From positions 32,001 through 96,000 of the forward strand of contig JBKAGE010000081.1 of the NCBI GenBank assembly GCA_046290225.1: a stretch of 64,000 nt of DNA, written 5' to 3'. This stretch comes from Bradymonadia bacterium. GTDB lineage: Bacteria; Myxococcota_A; Bradymonadia; UBA7976; UBA1532. This document shows positions 29,985 through 41,672 of the stretch, in pieces. Below the pieces are notes generated by a model, which saw only the letters and a list, made by a program, of their open reading frames with translations, made no database searches and was not told the DNA's origin. The position numbers and the translations under genes are program-made. Position 1 is the first letter of the stretch. Each line of letters opens with the position of its first letter.

Positions 29985-32837
29985 TTAAAAATCAACAGAA
30001 CCAACGTTCTGGTGCTGGTCGTAGATCTCCAAGCGACCGGGGCCTTGGAGCGGCGCCAGGTGAATCTCGGTGGTGGGCCAGCCTTCGAGTTCCGTGCGTT
30101 GTTCGGTGCCGCCTGCGTCGCGACCGAACACCACGGTGCGGGTGATGACACCGGGGCGCACCTCAAGGGGCGTCAGTGAGGCGGACATCCCGCCAGCAGG
30201 GGTCCAGACCGCACGCAGCCCCTCAGCGGGTCCACCGAGGATCATGCTGAACCCTCGACTCGACCCTTGGATGTTCAGGTCGGGGCCGTGGCGCCAGAGG
30301 CTGCCTGTGGGCCGCAGGCCGTCGAAGGGGCCACCGGTGTCCGTAGAAGGCCCATCGGGCAGGTTCACTGAGACAATCAGGCCACCATCCTCTGCCTGCC
30401 GCCATTGCAGCTGCAGGCTGGCCGGGGTGATCTCCATGGCAGGGCTCTCGATGCGGTATTGCTCAGGTGAGCCCCCCTCGGTGGATACACCATGACCTTC
30501 GATGATGACGTGGTACGTACCCGGATCGAGTTCGAAGGGCAGCTCCCAACGTAGAGACCAGCGGTGATCCGTCGAATAATCTCCGAGGTAGCGCAAGATC
30601 GAGTCGAAGCCGCTGATGTCCACAGGTTGCCCCAGAGCATTCGTGACCATCTCCATGGCCCCCGCTGCCCCCGGCCGAGCCAGCCACGCGTTCGGAAGGT
30701 CGACCCCAGGGTGACCGCCATGCCAGCGCAGCACGATTTGAGAGCCTCGGCTCGCCCGAGGCCCTGGGGCGTCGATCAGCCCCCCAGCAGCTTCGGACCC
30801 CGGCGTGGCTGAAATCGTGTCGTCGGCCAGATCGGTCCACCAGTGAGGCTTCACGCGTCGATCCCATGGCTCCCGCTCTGGGGTGAGCAGTCGAGCGGCG
30901 ATGTCTCGAGAGCGATCGACGAGGTACTCACCGAGGCGCCAGCCCCAGGTGCTGGTGCTGGACTCATAGCCGCCGTGGAACCAGTCGTCGGCGCCGAGCA
31001 GATAGAACATATGGTCCTGAGCGTACCCGAGGGCCATGGCCGTGATGGGCTGCCCTGCTGATTGCCCCTCGGCCTGCACAGCCTGCGAGACCATCAACGT
31101 GATCTCCGAGGAGGGCTCCCCAGGCAGGGTCACTGCGAAAAGATCGCCGAGCCGCAGTGCGGTGAGCGTGGTCTGCATGTTCTGGGGCACGGGGAAGCCC
31201 ACGACCCTGGCGATGTCGAGCAGACAGCCGAGATCACCATCCTCTGCAGGATCTTCGGACCAGTTGCGCCCCTCGAGCAGACACTGGAAGGCGCCATAGG
31301 TGTGTACGGTGCTCCGAGTGCGGAAAGCCTCTGCCTCATAGCCGAGGATGTCGCGGCTGATGGCCACGCGCTCGGTGATCAGCTCCACGTCGATGTCGGC
31401 GCGGGTTTCGATCCCAGCAAAGGCCGGCGCCACGAGTGCCGCCACGCGGTGCCCCACCACCTGCATCTTGGCCCAGTCCGTATCGGTGGCATCGTCTCCT
31501 CTGGGGCTGGTGTTGCCGCCGGCGCCGTTCGTGTAGAGCACCGGAACCACCCGACCGGCCTGTTCAGAGAGCACCTCGCCGGCGACGACCTCTACTGCAC
31601 CGTGCACGTCACCGGTGATCCAGGTGTCGTTCATGTGCGTGCCGTGGATGCCGAAGTTCACCATGGCGGCGAGGGGCTCACCCTCAGCATCGTCGATGCG
31701 CCAGATGAACATGCGATCGTCGAAGATGTCGGGGCCTTCGCTCCGCCGGTTGGTGTGGATGCGCCCCTCGGGATCAAAGCCGTCCAGCAGGGTCCAGCCG
31801 AAAGACGCCGGCTGGGCGTCGTCGAGGGCTTCTGCGGCGGCCTCGGCCATCGAGCGCGCCACCCGGTCGGTGATCTCCAACGAGAAGAGACCGAAGCCGA
31901 AGGTGCCAAAGCTCAAGTTGGAGAGCAGGTTCCAATATCGAGCAGGCTGGCTGTGAGAGTGGGTCGCGGCGAGTAAGATGTGATCAGCGTAGTCGATGCC
32001 ATCCGGGTGCTCGGCGTCGACAGTGAGCTGGCGCAGGTGCCACGCCGTGCGGGTGATGAGGAAGTCAGTGGGGAAGCACAGCGGGGCACGGATCAAGATG
32101 AGCAGATCATCCGCGTCGGAGATCACCAGGGCCCGAGCATCTTGTCGCTCGAGCACTCTGTCGGATCCACCGAGCTCGATGGCATAAGGGGTGTTGGGCC
32201 CGGCGCGGTTGCCGAAGCCGGCGAGCGACACGCCTACGGGCATACTCAGAGGGGTGACGCCCACACCGGCATAGATCTGCCCTGGCTGGCCCAATGGTAT
32301 GGCAGGGGCCCCTACAGGTGCCCCGACGTACCTCTGACAGCGGCCATTGAAGCATTCACCGTCTTCCGGGCAATCGAGATCGGTCTCACAGGCATTGACG
32401 CACAGATCTTCCACACAGATCTGGCCGAGAGGGCAACGTGGGGTACACGGCCGCGGTCGGCGCTGGCAGCTGCCATCGAGCTCGCAGGGCAGGGCACAGT
32501 AGCCGCCCAGGGCCGGATCATCACAGACCTCACCTGGTGCACAGGGCGCCGGATCGTCACCGTCGCAGCGCGCCGGGGCCTCGAAGACACACTCGCCTTC
32601 GACGCAGTCACCATCAGGGCACTCGTCCGGATAGACACAGCTGTTGTCTGGTGGCCCTTCGTCGGGTGGCAGACCATCTTCTGGCCGGCCTTCATCAGGT
32701 CGAGCATCCTCCGAAGGGGCCATGTCGACTGCGCCGTCATGACCCTGTGTCGCAGGATCGTCATCACAACCGAAGAAGGTGCAGAGGAGGAGAGCCAGGT
32801 AAAAGGCGAAGGCGGGTCGAAACAGTGGTCTGTGCAC
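29985..32837 (-). CDS. Neutral/alkaline ceramidase-like lipoprotein with Cys-rich N-terminal repeats
   Basis: Lipobox FFGC, ATHSHSQP, NFGIHGT, NGAGGNTSP, TLPGEP, GYAQDHMFY, GGYE. Confidence 0.8.
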   Translation of the reverse strand: MHRPLFRPAFAFYLALLLCTFFGCDDDPATQGHDGAVDMAPSEDARPDEGRPEDGLPPDEGPPDNSCVYPDECPDGDCVEGECVFEAPARCDGDDPAPCAPGEVCDDPALGGYCALPCELDGSCQRRPRPCTPRCPLGQICVEDLCVNACETDLDCPEDGECFNGRCQRYVGAPVGAPAIPLGQPGQIYAGVGVTPLSMPVGVSLAGFGNRAGPNTPYAIELGGSDRVLERQDARALVISDADDLLILIRAPLCFPTDFLITRTAWHLRQLTVDAEHPDGIDYADHILLAATHSHSQPARYWNLLSNLSFGTFGFGLFSLEITDRVARSMAEAAAEALDDAQPASFGWTLLDGFDPEGRIHTNRRSEGPDIFDDRMFIWRIDDAEGEPLAAMVNFGIHGTHMNDTWITGDVHGAVEVVAGEVLSEQAGRVVPVLYTNGAGGNTSPRGDDATDTDWAKMQVVGHRVAALVAPAFAGIETRADIDVELITERVAISRDILGYEAEAFRTRSTVHTYGAFQCLLEGRNWSEDPAEDGDLGCLLDIARVVGFPVPQNMQTTLTALRLGDLFAVTLPGEPSSEITLMVSQAVQAEGQSAGQPITAMALGYAQDHMFYLLGADDWFHGGYESSTSTWGWRLGEYLVDRSRDIAARLLTPEREPWDRRVKPHWWTDLADDTISATPGSEAAGGLIDAPGPRASRGSQIVLRWHGGHPGVDLPNAWLARPGAAGAMEMVTNALGQPVDISGFDSILRYLGDYSTDHRWSLRWELPFELDPGTYHVIIEGHGVSTEGGSPEQYRIESPAMEITPASLQLQWRQAEDGGLIVSVNLPDGPSTDTGGPFDGLRPTGSLWRHGPDLNIQGSSRGFSMILGGPAEGLRAVWTPAGGMSASLTPLEVRPGVITRTVVFGRDAGGTEQRTELEGWPTTEIHLAPLQGPGRLEIYDQHQNVGSVDF

Positions 32838-32850
32838 GGGCGCTCCGTGA

Positions 32851-33606
32851 TCAGGTCGTCTCCGATGACTTCGAGGTCTCGGTTTCGGCAGGTAACGTGG
32901 CTGCTGCAGTGGTCTCCTCAGCGGCGCCCTCGGCAGCTGCTGCCGCCTTGGCTTTGCGGTTGCGGATGATCTTGCGGGCCACGAAGAACACGATCAGTAG
33001 ACCCAGGATCGAGAAGAACCAGATCTTAAATTCTTTGATGTTCTCGAGCACGACCTCGCCGTAGAGGGCCACGAGCACCACCTGAGTGGGGACCGAGATG
33101 AGGGCTGCGGTGCCATCGACGGCGAGGAACTTCCACAACGGCACTCCGAGCATGCCGCAGCTCATGTGACCAGGGAAGCGCACACCGGGGGTGAACCGGA
33201 ACAGACCCGGGGTCCAGTGGCCATATTTGTCGAACCAGCCCTGCACCTTGTCGAAGCGGGCTTGCCCGATGTGTCTGTCGAAGAATTTGCTCGCCAGGAG
33301 CTTCTTGCCGAAGAACCGCCCCAATAAATAGATGAGCACATCGCTGAGCAGCACCGCGAGGAAGGCGACGATGGCCAGGGTGGTCAGATCGACGCTCTCG
33401 GCCCCAGGGGGAGGCGGATGAGCAGGATCAGGGTTCATCCCGAGGTAGGCCACCAGCCCCACGCTCACCAGGGTGACCTCTTCGGGCACGGGCAGCCCGA
33501 AGCTGCTGGCGGTCATGAGCCCGATCAAGATCAGGTAGACCTTCATGGGCTGATAGGCGAGGCCCTGGAAGAAGGCCATCAAGGCATCGGGATCGAAGAT
33601 GTCCAT
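32851..33606 (-). CDS. DedA family membrane protein
   Basis: GLPVPEE, D...YLLGR, RFTPGVR. Confidence 0.9.
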   Translation of the reverse strand: MDIFDPDALMAFFQGLAYQPMKVYLILIGLMTASSFGLPVPEEVTLVSVGLVAYLGMNPDPAHPPPPGAESVDLTTLAIVAFLAVLLSDVLIYLLGRFFGKKLLASKFFDRHIGQARFDKVQGWFDKYGHWTPGLFRFTPGVRFPGHMSCGMLGVPLWKFLAVDGTAALISVPTQVVLVALYGEVVLENIKEFKIWFFSILGLLIVFFVARKIIRNRKAKAAAAAEGAAEETTAAATLPAETETSKSSETT

Positions 33607-33694
33607 TCAGCGCTCCGGATCGTCCGCAGGACTGAGGACTTATGCCTTATTTGAGGGGCTGATGTCGAGTGGAGTGGGTGGGGGGAGAGAGTTT

Positions 33695-33724
33695 CGGGCA
33701 CGGGCACGGGCACGGGCACGGGCA
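33695..33724 (+). repeat. (CGGGCA)5 tandem hexamer
   Basis: Read directly; upstream of the DedA gene start. Confidence 0.95.
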
Positions 33725-34025
33725 CGATGTTTTCGTATGTGTCTCAGGGCCTTGTGCCGGAGAAGGGCGGGCTGTTCAGACACGCGTCGCACAGCGCAAA
33801 CCTGTGGGCCCATGCCCCACCATCGAGACATGCGAACAAGACCATCAATCGGTAGAAGCTGACCTTCCGCTGTTGTCGTTGCGGGGCTCACGCGCCTTCG
33901 CGCAGATAGACAAAGCAGGAGTCGTAGCCGGAGGTGATGAGCATTCAGCCCCCACCAAGCTGGAGCAAAAGTATGCACATGCCCTGCGGAGGTAGACGGC
34001 AGCCAGAAGCCCCAAAGAGCCCTCA

Positions 34026-34221
34026 CAAAGCCATAACCCACCTATGCACGTGCCCCGCGGAGGCGCGGAGGTGGCGGCAGTCGTCGTGAGGTCGGTGAGG
34101 TCTCGCTCAGCTGCGGGCTTTCACCCGCAGGCGCAGCAGAGCTGCGTCGAGGACGGAAAGGTCGTAGCTGGGCGGGAGATCGCCGGCGTCACGGCGGCTG
34201 ACGCCGCCGCAGCGCCGGAGC
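34026..34221 (+). repeat. 196-bp structured dispersed repeat, copy 2
   Basis: Ungapped alignment to the other copies; ends 3 nt from the stop at 34225; partial leader duplicate at 33972-34025. Confidence 0.95.
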
Positions 34222-34224
34222 TGA

Positions 34225-37200
34225 CTAGCGCAACCAGAGAGTCTGCCAGTCGTGGTAGTTGCCCGAGCCGTTGTAGCCTTCGAGGTAACCCTGGCCGTTG
34301 TAGTTGGAGTGGGGCACCACCTGCATCCACCAGCAGTTGACGCTGTCGTTGCTGTCGGGATCACTGGTGTAGCTGCGACCCTGGTACTTGTGGTGCAGAC
34401 CGTTGAAGCCGCCACACGTCGTGGACTCCTGGCCAGCGATGTAGGTGTAATCCGAGCCGTCAGTGGTCTCAGTGAAGGGATCGTGGCACTGCTCCCAGAC
34501 GGTGTAGTGCTCCCGGGGATCGTTGTCCCACTGGTTGCTGTTGCCCACCTGGAATCGGTAGGTGTAGCAGCCGGCATCAGCGAAGTGCGAGCGGTGCTGC
34601 AGGATGGAGTAGTTGTCGGCCAGAGGATCGTTGGCGCTGTAGTCGTACCAGTTGTTGTTGTTGAAGAAGAAGGCCCAGTCCGCACCCTCCATCCGGGTCC
34701 AGCCGCCACCGTCAGTGGTCATGTCGCAGTACGCCTGGAAGGGGGTGTTGGCGCCGTCACCGTCGGGGTCGATCCAGTACACACCGTCGGTGTTCACACC
34801 CTGCTGGAGCAGGTCGTTGCAGGTCAGGCCAGCGCGATCAGCGGAGTTTCCGTCGACGCAGTTGCCCACCATGCTGCTCGAGGGCGCCATGTCGGCGTTG
34901 ACGTTGGAGCACTCGCCGATGGTGACCTGGCCACAGACCTGAGTCTCACACACGGCCACACCGATTTCGATGCCCTGACGGATGGTGGTGCCCTGACCAA
35001 TGGTGGTCTCGGGGAAGATGGTCACGTCGTCTTCGATGGTGACCTCATGGCCCACATCAGCGGTGTCGCGGATGAGAACGTTCGCGCCGATGTTGACGTC
35101 GTCACCAAAGGTGCTTCGGGGCCACAGGCGGCTGTTGTTGCCGAGGGTGAAGCGGTTCCCCGTGGTGACCTGCTCGTCGATGATGGTGTCGGTGCCGACG
35201 GTGGCGTCGTCACCGATGGCGGCGCGGAAGAGCACCGTGCTGCGGGCGCCGATGGTGCCGTCGACACCGAGGGTGACGCCGTCGTAGACGGCAGAGTCAT
35301 CACCGACATCGCAGCGGGCGCCGAGAGAGACGAAGATGCCGGTGGTGACACGATCCCCGAAGGTGCAGTTGTCGGCGAGACTGCTCTGGTTACCCACGAA
35401 GCAATCCTCGCCGAGGGTCACGCCATTGCCCAGGGCGCCACGCACCTCGGAGTTGGCACCCACGACGGCGTTCTCACCGAGCTCGGCGCCGGAAGCGAGG
35501 GTGGTGCCGGCGCCGAGATGGGCGTTGCGGCCCACCACAGCGTAGTCACCAATGGTCACACCGTTGCCAAAGTCGGCCTCGGCTTCGATGGTGGCGTTCG
35601 ACTCGACCCGCACAGTGCTGCCGAAGACAAAGTCGTCACCGACGCGAGTGTTCGACTCCAGGGCACAATTGGTCCCCGTGGAGCCGTTCGAACCCATCTT
35701 GGCGTTGTTCCCGAGGACACAGCCGGCACCGAGCTGGGTGTTGGCACCCACGCCCGAAATTTCACCGATTTGCACGCCGTCGGGAATCACTGCCCCAGCG
35801 CCGATTTCGCCCTGAGTGCCGATGCTCACGCCAGCACCGATGCTGGCCCCGTCACCAATGCGAGCGATGACGCCAATCGTGGTGTTGGCACCGATGCCCA
35901 CGTTCTCACCGACCTGCACACCATTGGCGAGGTCAGCACCAGCGCCGATGACAGAGCCCGCGCCGAGGGCCACACCGCTGCCGACGTTGCCCATGACGGT
36001 GGCGCCGTCACCCACGTGGGTGAAAGAGCCAATGACGGCGTTCTCACCGATGACGAGGTCGTTGCCGAGGGTGGCCGTGGGGTCAATGTCGGCGTTCACG
36101 CTCACGCACGCATCACCGAAGCCGTCTCCGTTGTTGTCGGTCTGATCTGCATTCGCGACGGTGATGCAGTTGTCTACATCTTGGCAGATGCCGTCGCCGT
36201 CAGCGTCGTTCGTTGCGTCGTTCGCGCACACGTCACAGGCATCGCCGAGGCCATCGCCATCCGTGTCCGCCTGGTTCTCGTTGGCCACGAGGAGGCAGTT
36301 GTCCTCCTCTTCGCAGACACCATCACCGTCGGCATCCTCACACTTGGGGTTGTCCGACAGCGCGGTCACGGTGCCTACAGAGCCGAGGTTGACGTAGGGC
36401 AGGTTGTCGCCCATCTCGTTGGCGGCATCACCGGCGTGGTTACCCGCATTGCCCTGGCCGAGCTGACCGTGGCCGTTGTAGCCCCAGCACTTCACCCCGC
36501 CGTTGTCCAGCAGCGCGCAGATGCCGTAGTACCCCATGTTGAGGTCGCGCACCGTACGACCAGTGCCGAGATCGATGGGGGTCAGGTTGTTGCCCATCTC
36601 GTTGGCGTTGTCGCCAAGGTTCGCAGTGTGACCCTTGCCGAGCTGTCCGTAGACGTTATAGCCCCAGCACTTGAGATCGCCGTTTTCGAGCTGAGCGCAG
36701 GTGGTGTAGACGTCGGCCCACAGGTTGATGGCCCGGTGAGCGTCGCCATTGCCGTCGGTGCCCAGGTCTACATAGGGGGCGTTGGCCACCGACTCCGAGG
36801 CGTTGCGTCCGCGGTAGGCCGTGTCACCGTAACCGTGGTTGCCGAAGGGGTTGTAGCCCCAGCACTTGATCCGGCCGTTGTCCAACAGCGCACACACGCT
36901 CGCCCAGCCCGTGGCCACCTGAGTGGCGGTGTGGGCTTGACCCTGACCGTCGTTGCCGAGGTTGATGGGTGGAAGGTTGTCCCCCATCTCGTTGGCGTTG
37001 TCGCCACGATGGGCGGTGTCGTTCTGGCCGAGCTCACCATGACCGTTGTAGCCCCAGCACTTCACATCCCCGTTGTCGAGGACCGCGCAGCTCTGATGGT
37101 AGCCCGTGTCGACGGCGATGGCAGTGTAGGGATCGCCGTCAGGAGAGGTGCCAAGGTTGATGATGGGCAGGTTGTCGCCCATCTCGTTGGCCGCATCACC

Positions 37201-37761
37201 AGGGTAGTTGCGATGCCCCTGGCCGGACTCGCCGTGGTTGTTGTAGCCCCAGCACTTCACCCCACCATCATCGAGGATGGCGCAGGCGTGGTAAGTGCCC
37301 ATGGCCACGTCCACCGCGCGGTAGGGATCGCCGTCAGGCGAGGTGCCCATGTCGGTGTACTGCAGGCTGTCGCCCATCTCTCCGGCATTGTCACCGCGCT
37401 GGGTGTTGTTGCCGTGGCCGAGCTGAGCGTGGGCGTTGTAGCCCCAGCACTTGATGCCGCCATCATCGAGGATGGCGCAGGTGCTGATGTAGCCGGTGTT
37501 CACCTGCACCGCCGTGCGGCCAGTGCCCAGGTTCACGAAGGGCAGGTTGTCGCCCATCTCGTTGGCGGCGTCACCACGATAGTTGGTGTCGCCATACCCA
37601 AGAGAGCCGTGGTGGTTGTAGCCCCAGCACTTCACCTGGCCGCTGTCGAAGAGCGCACAGTGGTGATAGTCGTGGCTTGCTTGAGCCGAAGAGAGGCCGA
37701 GCAGGGTGAAGGCACCTGCCCCCAGCAACCGCGCTGCCACCTTGAAGTTCCGAGAGGCCAT
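34225..37761 (-). CDS. Secreted RCC1-propeller / TSP3 / hexapeptide beta-helix / fibrinogen-like protein A
   Basis: GGAGG RBS, signal peptide ending AQA, 7x KCWGYN, DxDGDG.GDAC repeats, [IVL]Gxxxx hexapeptides, GVYWID...[12 protein letters not shown]. Confidence 0.85.
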   Translation of the reverse strand: MASRNFKVAARLLGAGAFTLLGLSSAQASHDYHHCALFDSGQVKCWGYNHHGSLGYGDTNYRGDAANEMGDNLPFVNLGTGRTAVQVNTGYISTCAILDDGGIKCWGYNAHAQLGHGNNTQRGDNAGEMGDSLQYTDMGTSPDGDPYRAVDVAMGTYHACAILDDGGVKCWGYNNHGESGQGHRNYPGDAANEMGDNLPIINLGTSPDGDPYTAIAVDTGYHQSCAVLDNGDVKCWGYNGHGELGQNDTAHRGDNANEMGDNLPPINLGNDGQGQAHTATQVATGWASVCALLDNGRIKCWGYNPFGNHGYGDTAYRGRNASESVANAPYVDLGTDGNGDAHRAINLWADVYTTCAQLENGDLKCWGYNVYGQLGKGHTANLGDNANEMGNNLTPIDLGTGRTVRDLNMGYYGICALLDNGGVKCWGYNGHGQLGQGNAGNHAGDAANEMGDNLPYVNLGSVGTVTALSDNPKCEDADGDGVCEEEDNCLLVANENQADTDGDGLGDACDVCANDATNDADGDGICQDVDNCITVANADQTDNNGDGFGDACVSVNADIDPTATLGNDLVIGENAVIGSFTHVGDGATVMGNVGSGVALGAGSVIGAGADLANGVQVGENVGIGANTTIGVIARIGDGASIGAGVSIGTQGEIGAGAVIPDGVQIGEISGVGANTQLGAGCVLGNNAKMGSNGSTGTNCALESNTRVGDDFVFGSTVRVESNATIEAEADFGNGVTIGDYAVVGRNAHLGAGTTLASGAELGENAVVGANSEVRGALGNGVTLGEDCFVGNQSSLADNCTFGDRVTTGIFVSLGARCDVGDDSAVYDGVTLGVDGTIGARSTVLFRAAIGDDATVGTDTIIDEQVTTGNRFTLGNNSRLWPRSTFGDDVNIGANVLIRDTADVGHEVTIEDDVTIFPETTIGQGTTIRQGIEIGVAVCETQVCGQVTIGECSNVNADMAPSSSMVGNCVDGNSADRAGLTCNDLLQQGVNTDGVYWIDPDGDGANTPFQAYCDMTTDGGGWTRMEGADWAFFFNNNNWYDYSANDPLADNYSILQHRSHFADAGCYTYRFQVGNSNQWDNDPREHYTVWEQCHDPFTETTDGSDYTYIAGQESTTCGGFNGLHHKYQGRSYTSDPDSNDSVNCWWMQVVPHSNYNGQGYLEGYNGSGNYHDWQTLWLR

Positions 37762-37930
37762 CCAGCCCTCCTCCCATGTGTGAGCATAGAGACTACGTAA
37801 ACAGATGTAGGAGTCTATCGCCTGGGAAGGTCTGATGACTACACAAAAGATGCAACAGCATCGCCCCGCAGAGACGGATTGGGCATGGCCCAGTGCCTCA
37901 GGGGGCCACACTGTGAGTTGAGTGTAGCCC

Positions 37931-40900
37931 TCAGCGAAGCCAGAGCGTGTTGAGTGACTGGCCCGTGGGGTAATAGCCCTGGCCCAGACTGCAGGGATGA
38001 GCTCCGCTGATGTTGTAGGCATCGAGTACGTGCAGCAGGAGCCAGCCGCCGTTCACTCCGCAGGTGTGATCGCCCACGCCCTGAGCGTCGCAGCTCATGC
38101 GAGCTTCGGGTACAGGCACCATCATGTCACCCGTGACCTGGCCGTAGTCCGTGGCGCACTGCTGAGTGGCGGCGTTGGAGCGCCAGTAGTGGAAGTTGCG
38201 CTCGATGAGGGCGCCGGTGTCGTGGATGAAGAGCCGAGTGGCCCCGGTGCCCACGCGGAAGAGGTGTGAAGACTCCACTCGCAGCGCGTTGATGATGGCG
38301 GTGCTCAGCTGCCCCGCAGGCTGGCCTGGGGCGAGATAGCCCAGGGTGCTGGTCCACCACGAGCCGTTGCCGATCATGGTCCAGCCGCCACCATCGGTGG
38401 TCATGTCGCAGTAGACGGTATGGATGCCCTGGGCGCCGAGGTCGACCTCGTAATCACCGCTGCCCACATCACCCTCGTAAGCGTATCCCCACGCAGGGTG
38501 GCGATAGCCGTCACAACTCGAAGCCCTGCGACCATCTGCCCAGATGCGGCTGCCGTCGACCCATGCGATGCCCACAGTGCAGGTGCCCTGTTGAGTAGCG
38601 TAGGGCTCGAGATCTTCGGAGACGGTCTGACAGTCACCGATGGTGACGTCGCCACAGCCGACGCGATCACACTGCCCGGCGCCAAGCTCGACGCCGGCCT
38701 CGATGAGCGAGTCGAAGCCGATGATGGTGTTGGGCCAGACCACCACACCGTCTTCCAGGGTGGTGCCGTCGCCGACCCGGGCATCGCTCTGAAGCAACAC
38801 GCCATCGCCGATGGTGACTCTGTCTCCGAGTACGCCTCGAGGCCAGAGTCGGCTGGTGGTGCCGACTGCGAGATCATCACCGGCGATGATCGACTCGTCG
38901 ATCAGGCTGTCGGCGCCGATGCTGCTACGGGCACCGATGACAGTGCGGAACAAAACCGTGGTGCGGTGCCCCACGAAGCCGTCTGCGCCGAGCTGCACCC
39001 CATCGTAGAGCGCAACGTCGCTCTGGAGCGTGTTGCCCGAGGCCAGGCTGACGAAGATGCCCAAGGACACATTGTCGCCCAGGGCGCAATCGTCGCCCAC
39101 AGCGCTCTGGTTCCCGATGAAGACACGATCACTCAGCTCGACCCGGTCGCCCAGAGCGCCGCGGACCTCGCATGACTCGCCAAGGCTGACGTCATTGCCG
39201 AGAGTGGCGCCCTCAGCGACATGGCTGCTGGCCCCCACGATGACCCCGTCACCCATGGTCACATAGCTGGCGAGGGTGGTATCGACGCCGAGGGTCACCT
39301 GATGCCCCAGTTGGCCATTGGGGCCGATGGCGCTGCCTGCAGAGAGGGTGAGATCGTCACCGAGGACGCAGTTGGCCCCAATGGTGCTGCCGGAGGCGAG
39401 GTGCGCCCCGGACCCGACGATGCTGTTGTCTGCCACGACGGCTGCTGTCTCGAGGATGCTGCCTGATCCCACAGTGCTGAGCTGGCCCACACTGCTGGCT
39501 GCGCCGAGGGAGACATCGTCACCGAGGGTGCTGCTGCTGCCCACGCTGGCCCCATCGCCGAGGGTGACTCGATCGCCGAGCTGGGCAAGTACGCCAACGA
39601 CACACCCGGCGCCGAGGCCACTGGCACTGCCGACGCGGGCGTTGTCGCCGATGACGCAGCCAGCGCCGATGGTGCTGTTGGCACCGACGATGACGCCCTC
39701 ACCGAGGATCCCATTGATGGTGGAGCCATGGCCCACCGTGACATAGGGCCCGATGACCGCCTCAGCGCTGAGGGTGACGTCATCGCCCAGAGCAGCGGTG
39801 GGATCGATCTCCGCGTCGGGGCTCACACAATCATCACCGTAACCGTCGCCGTTGTTGTCGGTCTGGTTCGGGTTCGAGACCCCTGGGCAGTTGTCGACGT
39901 TCTGGCAGATGCCATCGCCGTCGGGATCCTGCTCGGCATCGAAGGGGCAGAGATCGCAAGCATCCCCGATGCCGTCGCCGTCTGCATCAGATTGATCAGC
40001 GTTGGCGAGGGTGGGGCAGTTGTCGTTGTCGCAGACGCCGTCCTGGTCCGAGTCGTCGCACTTGGGCCGATCAGCAAGAGCGCTCACAGCCCCTGCGAAG
40101 CCAGTGTCAACAGCAGCCAGCCCGGGGCCGACCTCACCAGGGGCATCACCACGGTTGGCGGTGTCACCGAGGCCGAGCTGGCCAGAGTTGTTCCAACCCC
40201 AGCACTTCACCGTACCCAGGGCACCCTCGAGGCGTGCGCACTGGCTGTTGACGCCCATGGACAGCGTACGCACAGGGGCGCCGAGATCGAGGAAGGGCAA
40301 GGCATTGCCCATCTCGCCAGGGTCGTCGCCCCGGCTGGCGGTGTCGCCGAGGCCGAGCTGGCCATAGTTGTTGTAACCCCAGCACTTCACGCGGTGATCT
40401 CGAAGTTGCACGCACACGTTGTAGACGTCTGCCCAAATATGAAGTGCCCCCAGCGGGGTGCCATTGTCGTTGCCCAGATCGGTGGTGGGCAGAGCATCGC
40501 CCATCTCGCCAGGGTCGTCGCCCCGGTTGACGGCATCGCCGAGGCCGAGCACCCCATGAGGGTTGCCCCCCCAACACTTCACTGTTTTGTCTTGCAGGCG
40601 TGCGCAGGTGAAGCCCCACCCAATGGCGACTTCGCCCGCAGAGGCGCCAGTGCCCAAGTCGATGCTGGAGAGGTTGTCGCCCATCTCGCCAGGGCCATCA
40701 CCAAGCGTCTGGGTGTGACCCTGTCCGAGACCACCATAGGCGTTGCCGCCCCAGCACTTGAGCGCCCCTGTGTTCAAGATCGCGCAGGTCTGCTCACCGC
40801 CAGCGTCGAGGGCCGAGACCAGGCCACCCAGGTCGATGACAGGGAGGGCGTCGCCCATTTCTCCTGGGGCATCACCAAGTGAAAAGGTGTGTCCCTGGCC

Positions 40901-41479
40901 GAGCTGTCCTGCACGGTTGTCGCCCCAACACTTCATCTGACCATCATGCAGTCGAGCACAGGTGTGCCAGGTACCAGCGACGATGTCTGTTGCGGCGTAG
41001 GGAATGCCCTCGGCCGTGGTGCCGAGATCGACAAAGGGCAAGTTGTCGCCCATCTCTCCGGCGGCGTCCCCCCGAGAGGCCACGTCACCGAGGCCGAGCT
41101 GGCCATGTGTGTTGTCGCCCCAGCACTTCACCTGACCTTGAGTGAGCAGCGCGCAGGTGTGTCTGTACCCTGTGCTCACCTGGGTGGCCACCTGGCCGCC
41201 GCCGAGATCCACGGCAGAGAGGGTGGCCCCCATCTCACCTGGTGCGTCACCGATGGAGAGCGTGCTGCCTTGAGCTGCGCCGGCGCTACGGCCGAGCTGG
41301 CCATGGCTGTTGTCGCCCCAGCACTTCACCTCGCCGCCATCGGAGAGGGCGCAATGGTGGTAGTTGTGGACCGCCCACGCGTCGGCGCTGAGCAACAGCG
41401 TAAAACACGCCGTCCACAACATTGGCCATCTGCTGATCGCCGACCCCCAGGACAGTGGGGTGGGGCGTTGAGCAGGCAT
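37931..41479 (-). CDS. Secreted RCC1-propeller / TSP3 / hexapeptide beta-helix / fibrinogen-like protein B
   Basis: GGAGG RBS, signal ending AWA, 7x KCWGxN, DNCP..N..Q.D.DGDG repeats, hexapeptides, [12 protein letters not shown]. Confidence 0.85.
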   Translation of the reverse strand: MPAQRPTPLSWGSAISRWPMLWTACFTLLLSADAWAVHNYHHCALSDGGEVKCWGDNSHGQLGRSAGAAQGSTLSIGDAPGEMGATLSAVDLGGGQVATQVSTGYRHTCALLTQGQVKCWGDNTHGQLGLGDVASRGDAAGEMGDNLPFVDLGTTAEGIPYAATDIVAGTWHTCARLHDGQMKCWGDNRAGQLGQGHTFSLGDAPGEMGDALPVIDLGGLVSALDAGGEQTCAILNTGALKCWGGNAYGGLGQGHTQTLGDGPGEMGDNLSSIDLGTGASAGEVAIGWGFTCARLQDKTVKCWGGNPHGVLGLGDAVNRGDDPGEMGDALPTTDLGNDNGTPLGALHIWADVYNVCVQLRDHRVKCWGYNNYGQLGLGDTASRGDDPGEMGNALPFLDLGAPVRTLSMGVNSQCARLEGALGTVKCWGWNNSGQLGLGDTANRGDAPGEVGPGLAAVDTGFAGAVSALADRPKCDDSDQDGVCDNDNCPTLANADQSDADGDGIGDACDLCPFDAEQDPDGDGICQNVDNCPGVSNPNQTDNNGDGYGDDCVSPDAEIDPTAALGDDVTLSAEAVIGPYVTVGHGSTINGILGEGVIVGANSTIGAGCVIGDNARVGSASGLGAGCVVGVLAQLGDRVTLGDGASVGSSSTLGDDVSLGAASSVGQLSTVGSGSILETAAVVADNSIVGSGAHLASGSTIGANCVLGDDLTLSAGSAIGPNGQLGHQVTLGVDTTLASYVTMGDGVIVGASSHVAEGATLGNDVSLGESCEVRGALGDRVELSDRVFIGNQSAVGDDCALGDNVSLGIFVSLASGNTLQSDVALYDGVQLGADGFVGHRTTVLFRTVIGARSSIGADSLIDESIIAGDDLAVGTTSRLWPRGVLGDRVTIGDGVLLQSDARVGDGTTLEDGVVVWPNTIIGFDSLIEAGVELGAGQCDRVGCGDVTIGDCQTVSEDLEPYATQQGTCTVGIAWVDGSRIWADGRRASSCDGYRHPAWGYAYEGDVGSGDYEVDLGAQGIHTVYCDMTTDGGGWTMIGNGSWWTSTLGYLAPGQPAGQLSTAIINALRVESSHLFRVGTGATRLFIHDTGALIERNFHYWRSNAATQQCATDYGQVTGDMMVPVPEARMSCDAQGVGDHTCGVNGGWLLLHVLDAYNISGAHPCSLGQGYYPTGQSLNTLWLR

Positions 41480-41672
41480 GCGGTCCCTCCGAGAGACTCG
41501 CCGACATCGGATGCTCGTAAAAGTCGATGTCAGGCAGTCACGAGAGTCTAGCGGGGATGGGGGGGCTGTGACTACACGAAAACACGATGTGGGTGCTGTA
41601 GGGGAGTGTAACTGACTTACATGCATTACCCTGACCGCGTTGACAGACGATGAGGGCGCGAGTGAGGCACAC

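Noticed and set aside
34044..34340. Recurring MHVPRGGAEV... peptide ORFs within the repeat copies
   Set aside because: Starts and stops differ between copies, and substitutions conserve base pairing rather than codons
34252..37800. 1182-aa + strand ORF, and similar long antisense ORFs (1798-4566, 4509-6080, 19667-21667)
   Set aside because: Antisense shadows of well-supported high-GC genes; no motifs of their own
36350..41350. DNA-level repeats (GCCCCAGCACTT, CCCATCTCG) as a CRISPR-like array
   Set aside because: They are in-frame coding repeats of the RCC1 blades; no cas genes
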